A stretch of 64,000 nt of DNA from Octopus vulgaris (Eukaryota). The notes beneath the pieces are model-generated. The model saw only the letters and a program-made list of their open reading frames with translations. It was not told the DNA's origin and made no database searches. Of the stretch, positions 55,281-64,000 are shown piece by piece (positions within the stretch are counted from its first letter, which is position 1; every line of letters starts with the position of its first letter). Made by a program: the position numbers and the translations under genes. The DNA is taken from NCBI GenBank assembly GCA_951406725.2, contig OX597819.1:68696001-68760000 (forward strand). The letters are read 5' to 3'.

Positions 55281-55770
55281 CAATAATTAGCAAAATGTGG
55301 AACCTGAAGACTAAAACAATGCCTGTTGACTTAGGCGCCCTAAGAATTCTAGCAAAAGGGGCTAATTGCTACCTAGCTCAGATACCAGGAAACCCCAAAA
55401 TGGCAGAAATTCAAAAGATAGTGCTCATGGGAACTGCCCATATCCTATGTAAAATACTGTCTATGTAATCTCAAATTTTAAAACAAATTTCTTATGGTTT
55501 CTTAAACATTCTCTAGAAGAACACTATGTACAAAACCAAATATATGACACCCTAGGCATAACACCAACATGTACTTCTAACTTGTCTCTTGAAGTCTCTG
55601 GGTGAGACTTGTAGCCAACTTGTACAAATGCAAAGCAAAAGTTAAAAACATAATAATAATAATAATCATAATAATAACAACAACAACATGAACTTCCAAC
55701 CTGTTGTCTCCTGAGGTCTCTGGGTGAGACTTGGAGCCAACTTGTACAAATATAAAGCAAAACTCAAACA
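55281..55770 (+). mobile_element. RLE 3' end of the same family as 43270-43706, with terminal about 90 nt duplicated
   Basis: ISKMWNLKTKTMPVDLGAL..IQKIVLMGTAHILCKILSM*. Confidence 0.9.
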
Positions 55771-55772
55771 TA

Positions 55773-55840
<68 letters not shown>

Positions 55841-56394
55841 GCCCTGATGCAGTACCAGGCAGTGGCTCTCGTGGCTTCTGATCTGAACTGATTGGAAGTG
55901 TTATCATGTACTTTGTTTTGCCTTGGTATAAAATATGGGCTACAGCAAATATTCTGCTCAATACCACAGATTTGCTTGTCAGTTGTTTGACCATAACCAG
56001 TTGAGCATGTCCCTTAGTGGCTGGTGATATGTGCATCTCTGATCACGAGCAGAAGTAGTGGGGGACCAACATAGCCGTGTGTTGAGAGGGATTATTTGGG
56101 GTTTGAATAGTTCACCTCTGGAAACATGGGTGTTTCGTTCAACATCCTTAAACAATTCTTATTCAGGGACCTTTCGAGTGAGATGGGCTACTCGACCTGA
56201 AGAAAATTCTAACTGGGCCCCACCTGCAAGATCATGTCCTGTTTATCTTGATATGAGATCACCATGTCGCGCACATATGGTTGTGATGCATGTGCCTGGT
56301 GTACCCTTATTAGACGGGTAGTCATGATGGGTATGCTGGGCTTCGTATATTTTACCCCAGTGTCACTTTGATGGCATGCACTGCTGTCTCACTC
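55841..56394. mobile_element. 554-bp non-coding repeat embedded in (AAT)n
   Basis: Colinear with 43961-44514. Confidence 0.92.
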
Positions 56395-56470
<76 letters not shown>

Positions 56471-56473
56471 GTA

Positions 56474-56546
<73 letters not shown>

Positions 56547-56548
56547 TC

Positions 56549-58344
56549 CTTAGATTGACTTTTAGAAGTTATATGATACGATGCCTCATTCTTAGATCGT
56601 TGAATGCCTGCAAACGTTTGGTGTTGTAGTCAGCATCACAACGTTTCTGATGCATAGTATGAAAGAGTGGAAAACCAAATTGTACTCAAGTAATGTATTC
56701 TTTGGAGAAGTTAATATTAAAAGGGGGAATCTTCCAAGGTGACTCGTTTTCTGCGGTACTTTTTTATAATTGCACTAATACACATAGCAATGGCACTTAG
56801 GAAGGTTAAGATGGGTTACCGATGAGGGAAGGAAGGCCCATCTTTGAACCATCTTCTGTTTATGGATGACCTGAAATTGTTTGGGAAATCTGAAAAACAG
56901 ACAGGTCCCTTAACCAATACAGTCCAGAAGAATGGTAGAAACATCGGTATGGAATTTGGGACTACCAAATGCTCAGTACTTAATATGAAAAGAGGGAAGA
57001 AAGCAGCCTGCAGAGGATTGCGGTTACCATGAGAAGAGACCATGGGTGAACTTGACGGTAGTGAGTATAGATATTTAGGGTGTTTGGAGCTGGATGACAT
57101 TCTACACAGAAATGAAAGTCTAGGTCAGCGAGACATATCAAAAAAGGGTCAAGATGGTGTTGAATTCCAACCTGAATGTCAAAAGTTTCGTTACCGCAAT
57201 GGATATCCGGGCAGTTGCGGTTGTCAGATATAGTGCGTCCGTCCTCAAATGGACTAAGGAGGAAATATCAACACTGGATAGAAGGACAAGAAAGTGTATG
57301 ACGCTGCATGTGGCGCTACACCTTAAAGCAACCGTAAACAGACTGTATAAGAAAAGAAAGAATGGTGGCAGAGGATTAATTAGTTTCCCAATATCCCATT
57401 GTATAAGGAGTGAAAGAAGATCACTTTCCGAGTATTCGATAAATGGTGATGAAGACCTGCTGAAATATGCCACGACAGGTATATGGGGGTAATGCATATG
57501 AAATGATGGGCAAGGAAGAGTTTAACCAAATAGCTGAGGAGAAGAGAAAAGAAAACTTTCTTGAAACGAGAATGCATGAACTGAAAGGAACTCACAAGAC
57601 GTTAAGGCTAACAGAGCATCGTGGGCATGGCTTGGGCTCTCGCTACCAATTCAGTGAAGTATAATATCTATAAAACTTCTAACACCCAGAAATGTAGACT
57701 TTGTGGAAAGAGTCTGGCAAATGTGACCCACTTATTAAGTAGATGTGAGAGCCTTGAACAAAAAGAATACAAGGGCCGCCACGATAAAGTGTGTGCGTGT
57801 GTGTCTTCATTGGCTCTTATGCCAGAAATACCAATATGAACTATCAGAGAACTGGTATGAGCAAGCATGTACCAAGTAAAGTTATGCAGGAAGATGTAAA
57901 AATAACTATAATCTGGGACTATGTTTTTCAGATAGATCGTGTAATCGAACACCGACGGCCGGATATTGTCATATTGAGTAAGAGAGACAAATACTGTCAG
58001 GTCATTGATGTAGCCATACCAAATGACATGAATGTTGTGAATAAAGAGGCAGTGAAAATCAGCAAGTACTCCGAATGGAAAGTGGAAATGGCAAGACTGT
58101 ATGGAAGGCGACAGGATAATGTAAAAGTGATACCAGTGGTGATCGGAGTGTTGAGCTCAATCCCATTGGAACTTCAAGACTTCTTAAGGCAACCGGAATT
58201 CCCATGCAAGCTTGATGTCTTGCAAAAAGCATCCTTATTGGGCACAGCGCACATCTTAAGGAAAGTATTATCTGTTTGAGGTCCCTGTGACTTAACAGAT
58301 GATTAAATACTCCGGTGCATTTTTATCTACACTTTATTACGAAG

Positions 58345-58345
<1 letters not shown>
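56549..58345 (+). mobile_element. R4/Dong-like RT, CCHC and RLE C-terminal half with 3' UTR and (AAT)n tail
   Basis: IDF..YDTMPHS, IFQGDS, NHLLFMDDLKL, YRYLG, GGRGL, CRLC..HLLSRC, RHDKV, IIWD..RRPDIV..IDVAIP, GTAHILRKVLSV*. Confidence 0.95.
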
Positions 58346-58422
<77 letters not shown>

Positions 58423-58699
58423 TAATAATAATAATAATAATAACAACAACAGCAACATAAACAACAACAACAATAAAAACAACAACAACATTAACAACAA
58501 TAAAAAAAAAAAAAAATAATAATAATAATAATAAACAAGACGAGATAGAAAAGGAAAAAGAAGTAGAAATTCGAGGGATAAATGTATAAATAGAAACAAA
58601 CAAACAAAATTCGGAAATGGAAAATAAGAAACGAGAAAAGGAAGAAGAGAGACTGAAGAATGTTAGCGATGTGTAGTGTGAATATTAAAATGATGATTG

Positions 58700-58760
<61 letters not shown>

Positions 58761-58996
58761 AAGGAGGGGAAGCGATGTGAAGTGCCGAAAGGCAAAAGGA
58801 AGAATGTGAACAGTAATAATATTACTAATTTAGTTTAAAAGAAAATGGCTGATATTTTACTTCTTACTTATTCATCTTCCGACACTCTCTCCCTCTATGT
58901 CACTCTCTCTCCCTCTCGCTCTCACTCATCCATTCTCTCTCTTTCTTCCTCGACGACTTTCATACCATCTCCCTCTCCCTTTCCCTCGCTCGCTTG

Positions 58997-59054
<58 letters not shown>

Positions 59055-59410
59055 ATTCCTTATCGCTGTCTCTCACCTGATCGACCTTTTCTGTTTTCTC
59101 TCATTTTCTCTCCGAATTACTGTTTATATCTGCTGGTTAGTTGAGGAAGACATATTCTTTTGATCGTCGAATTTTAGTTATGGCCACTGAGGCAAATCGC
59201 CTAAGAATAAGTCCAGCTAAACACTTAGTAAAATTATGTCTAAGATTCAGTACATTATACACATGGATAAATGTATCTAAATGAATGTATTTAATGTATG
59301 CTGTGTGCCTGTGCTCGTAACTTACTGATTCTCATCATAAATATTCTTGGGTCTCTAGCTGTATGACTTCGTACATACATACACACATCTATCTGTATAT
59401 ACATACACAC

Positions 59411-59467
<57 letters not shown>

Positions 59468-59606
59468 GTATGTACGTATATTTGTATAGGGTATGTGGCA
59501 GTGTTTGTGTATAAATTTCTTTATTGTATGCTCCGATATAATTATTCATACGTCTATATAGAAAGGAATACGGTTTAGCAAAAGGAACTATATAGCTACA
59601 CAAATA

Positions 59607-59658
<52 letters not shown>

Positions 59659-59729
59659 GTACTTTTAAAACGAAAGCACACACACACGCAAGTAGAATTG
59701 CATGCACATATCCACACACTCATACATAC

Positions 59730-59816
<87 letters not shown>

Positions 59817-60124
59817 CTTAAATATGTACATACATATATATATATATGCATGTATATATATATATGTGTGTGTGTGTGTGTATCTATATGTATATATTTA
59901 TATATAAACATATACGTACACAAACGTCCACATGCATAAATATATACACAGATATTTATAAATGTGTGGGTATATATATTTGCATATGTGTGTGTATATA
60001 AACGCAAATACACATACACACATATATATATAAATATATATATATTAATATATATATATACACACATATATATAAATGTATGTACGCATGCATGTATATA
60101 TATATATGTATGCCGGTGTGTATT

Positions 60125-60167
<43 letters not shown>

Positions 60168-60346
60168 ATAGTTTATGTGGATAAAGAGATTGCTCAGTTC
60201 AAAGAATTTTAAATTCATGGCTTGAAAGAGACATTATAAATGAAAGAATCGTTTTATCTTTGGAATCTTATATACATGAATGTTTAAACACACAGGTACA
60301 CTGCAGCATGTATATTCGATCTTACAACAGCAATTAAAATATATTT

Positions 60347-60395
<49 letters not shown>

Positions 60396-60603
60396 ACACA
60401 CACACGTACATCGCACGCACCACACCCCCACACAAACAACGCACGCACATATATAAACAGCGCACTAACAGTCACAATTTTCTTCATGATATGGCATCTG
60501 TATATCTTATGATGGTGGTCTATTAAAGTTTTATTGCTTTGTTTTGAAAATTTGCATCTGCCCTTGCATGTATATATGCATGTGTGTGTATACATGTGTA
60601 ATA

Positions 60604-60732
<129 letters not shown>

Positions 60733-61305
60733 GTGTGTGCGTGTACTTGTGTGTGTGTGTTTGTTTGTTAGACTACTGTATAACCAACGTGTTGTGTTCA
60801 TGTCCTCGTTATTTTAACTCTTACTTACTCAATCGATGAAGATAAGAACTATAGAATGTGGCGCTGTGTGACATTCTAACGAGCCTAAACTTTTATGTAA
60901 TTAACGATATGTTGCATTAACTTGCATTGCTACCTTCAAACAATCACATCACTCGGAAAAATTAAAGATAACCAACCACTGTACAAAGCTGAAGGCAGCG
61001 AAGTTCCTTTTGCATCTCCTTCAATCTTACAATTCATGTTAACCTTGTGATGGAACAGTTCATCGCTCGTTAATCCCTTGCACCACTCATAAGTCTCCGT
61101 TAATGACATCCATGAATATGCGATGGTATAATTTCACAAGAACGGAATTTAGAAATACGAATTGACTTACATTTTAAAACAAACATTTTGTGGCAGTATG
61201 ACGTATTTTGTAAATTTTGCCAGAAACAAAGAATTTTACATTACTTCATCCGGTGTTATGCAGTCAGATTGCGAATAACAAACAAATCCAAGCAATCTAC
61301 GAATT

Positions 61306-61541
61306 TGTTATTTCTTTACTACCCACAAGGGGATAAACACAGAGGGAACAAACAAGGACAGACAGACGGATTAAGTCGATTATATCGACCCCAGTGTGTA
61401 ACTGGTACTTATTTAATCGACCCCGAAAGGATGAAAGGCAAAGTCGACCTCGGGCGGAATTTGAACTCAGAACGTAACGGCAGACGAAATACCGCTAAGC
61501 ATTTCGCCCGGCGTTGTAACATTTCTGCCAGCTCGCCGCCG
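61306..61541 (-). mobile_element. SINE family A (well preserved)
   Basis: Reverse-complement match to 8738-8971. Confidence 0.9.
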
Positions 61542-61549
61542 TTTAGATT

Positions 61550-62291
61550 GTAAAATTTGCGTTTTGATGATCACGTGCACGCTGTAGTCTGCAATTTTTT
61601 TCATGGACAGCAACAAACAACCAACGCCAAAATTTGCGTTAAACTTGGGAAGTCTGTTACAGAGACATTGAGCACGCTTCGGGAAAATTACGGTGACGTG
61701 GTAAATGGTCGTGTACAATGTCTCTATTGGCATATGATCTTCAAAAACGGAAAAACATCGCTGGAACACGATAAGCGATCTGGAAGACCTACCAGGATCG
61801 TCGCCTTCGAAAATGTGTGTTGTACATTGAGAATCGAGCATTATACTTCGACGTTTTAAAGCGTTTTAGGGAGGATATTCGGCGAAAGGCGACTGGATCT
61901 GTAGAGTGTGATGAATTTTACAATCCATCCAGTCATCGAGCTTTCCCCACTCGTGAGATTCTCCCCCAAAACAGAATGGTATCGCTTCTGCACCGGCCCT
62001 ATTACCCAGATTTAGCAACCATGGATTTCTATCTCATCCCCCAAGAAGACAATGCAGCTCAAAGATCAGCGTTTTGACCCTGTTATTGAAATAAAGAGCT
62101 AATCGCAGTAGGACCTCGACTCGATTACGAGAAACAACTTGCATGCTAGATTCCAAATGAGGCAGGGTCGCCTGGACGGGAGTATTACTGAGCAAGGTAA
62201 CTATTTTGAAGGAGATGAGGTTAAAACTTAGATAAATAAGTTATTTTTATTAAACATAAATAGTCTGGGAACCTTTGGATATTGCCTCGTA
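61550..62291 (+). mobile_element. Internally deleted mariner with right TIR
   Basis: KICVKLGKSVTETL..FKNGKTSLEHDKRSGRP, HRPYYPDLATMDFYL, GNYFEGD; ends ttggatattgcctcgta. Confidence 0.9.
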
Positions 62292-62394
62292 TAAATTTTC
62301 AAATCTTAAGTGGTCACATGCATTTTGGTTTCATATTGGACGAGATATACAATATGAAAAGGAAAAGGACAGTGATGGTGATGATGACGACAAC

Positions 62395-62425
<31 letters not shown>

Positions 62426-63799
62426 TTGATGATGGTGGTAATGATGGTGATGATCATGATGACGACGACGACGACGATGATGATGATGATGAAAATATTA
62501 ACCACTTCTCCATACCTATAAACTCCTCACAGTTGTGCTAAAAATCAGTGACCAAAGTCACGGTTCATCTTTTTTTATCTAAATATTACCCTTCTAATTA
62601 CATAGCAAAAAATAAAAAAAAACTGCGGAGGAAATATTGCTGACGCACATCTCGTAATTCACACCTAATTCTTGGCAGTGTTCTCGGCTTTTTTGCACCG
62701 GGTAGTCTCTGAAGAATTGCTGCACCGGGTAGGATTCTTTCAACCGCTCTTTTTAGTGCAGCTGAATTTCTATATCATTCAATATGCAAACACATGTGAT
62801 TCTTCACTTTGTCATATTCTCCATAACTTCCGCTATCCAGGAAGAACAATCTCGCTTCACATTGTTCTCTCAGACAAATCTCTTTTGATGAGTTTGGTCA
62901 CATTCTACTTTATTGTTGCGTTGGCAAGACAAAACCATCGTTTGTAATTTTTATTACTATATTTTCACTTATTGTTTGGGTGTATGAGAATATTGTTGAT
63001 GTTGTTGCTAAAAAGAATCACTAAAGTTGATCATAAAAGTTGCGTTGTTAATATAAATGTTATCGATTTTCTTTCCTTAACTTTTAAAATGTGTATGTCA
63101 GGTTATAAATATATTTTTGCAATGTTTTGATAGCATTGTCCGTGTTTGCATGTGTATGTTTGTATTTAAGTATGTGTTCGTGTGTGCGTGTGTGTGTGTA
63201 TGTGTGTATCAGTGTGTCCGTCTGTGTGTGTGTGTATGTATGTGTCAGTGTGTCTGTGTGTTGCTATAGTTTTCATCTCATTTCCAGATATTCTTCTCTT
63301 TCCGGGTGCGTAACTACTGATTCTTTTAACCATTTTACTCACGTATTCAGACAAACGAAGATGAAATATAATTTGTCTGCAGAACAAATATTTTACCTTC
63401 GAAGTTACCCTCTCAGGGCAGGCTTCCAAATTTCAAAGCGCTTCTATATGCAAATGTATACATACACACGCATACACGAACATATATATATATATATATG
63501 AGCACACACACACGTTCATATATGTTTGAGTGAGAGCGACTGCATAAATATATGTATGTGTCTGTCTGTGTGAAAATTGTAGGAGAAATGACGTTTTTCA
63601 GAAAAACAAGCAGCCGTATAACTGCACAAAGAAGAAATTAACGCAGGAACAGTAAAATGTGATATAGACATCACATGAACCAACATGAATTAATGCATGA
63701 AAATCATTTGCATGTGATGACTTTCACTACGTTATTTCAATATCATCTATTTTGTCTGTTTATTTTCTCCTCAATTGACTTAAACACGTGTGTATACAT

Positions 63800-63838
<39 letters not shown>

Positions 63839-63870
63839 CATTCATACATACGTATGTATATATACATACG

Positions 63871-63906
<36 letters not shown>

Positions 63907-63925
63907 ATATATATATATATATATT

Positions 63926-63986
<61 letters not shown>

Positions 63987-64000
63987 CAGATATATATATA

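Noticed and set aside
56058-56321. ORF shared between copies of the 554-bp repeat (also 6935-7282)
   Set aside because: The copy at 43961-44514 has an in-frame stop and there is no recognisable domain

Overview
AT-rich eukaryotic DNA with no recognisable host-gene exon. It is dominated by microsatellites ((TA)n, (CA)n, (TCTA)n, (AAT)n, (GAA)n, (GAT)n) and decayed transposons. The repeat mix looks like an octopus/coleoid genome (inference, no search run). Recognisable relics: a Helitron, six mariner remnants, several R4/Dong-like RLE retrotransposon pieces mostly stacked in (AAT)n tracts, an RTE 3' end, Penelope-like element (PLE) RT and GIY-YIG fragments, and three tRNA-derived SINE families. 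All coding remnants are disrupted, and nearly all ORF-track entries are microsatellite artefacts. The main unexplained signal is RNA structure. About ten minimal type I hammerhead ribozyme (HHR) motifs from about six families are present, intact or degenerate. They include a three-copy element joining a Pol III tRNA-like head, an (AAT)n spacer and an HHR-bearing PLE-like 3' end, and a perfect 200-bp palindrome encoding an HHR on both strands. All alignments and folds were done by eye, so boundaries are approximate unless stated.
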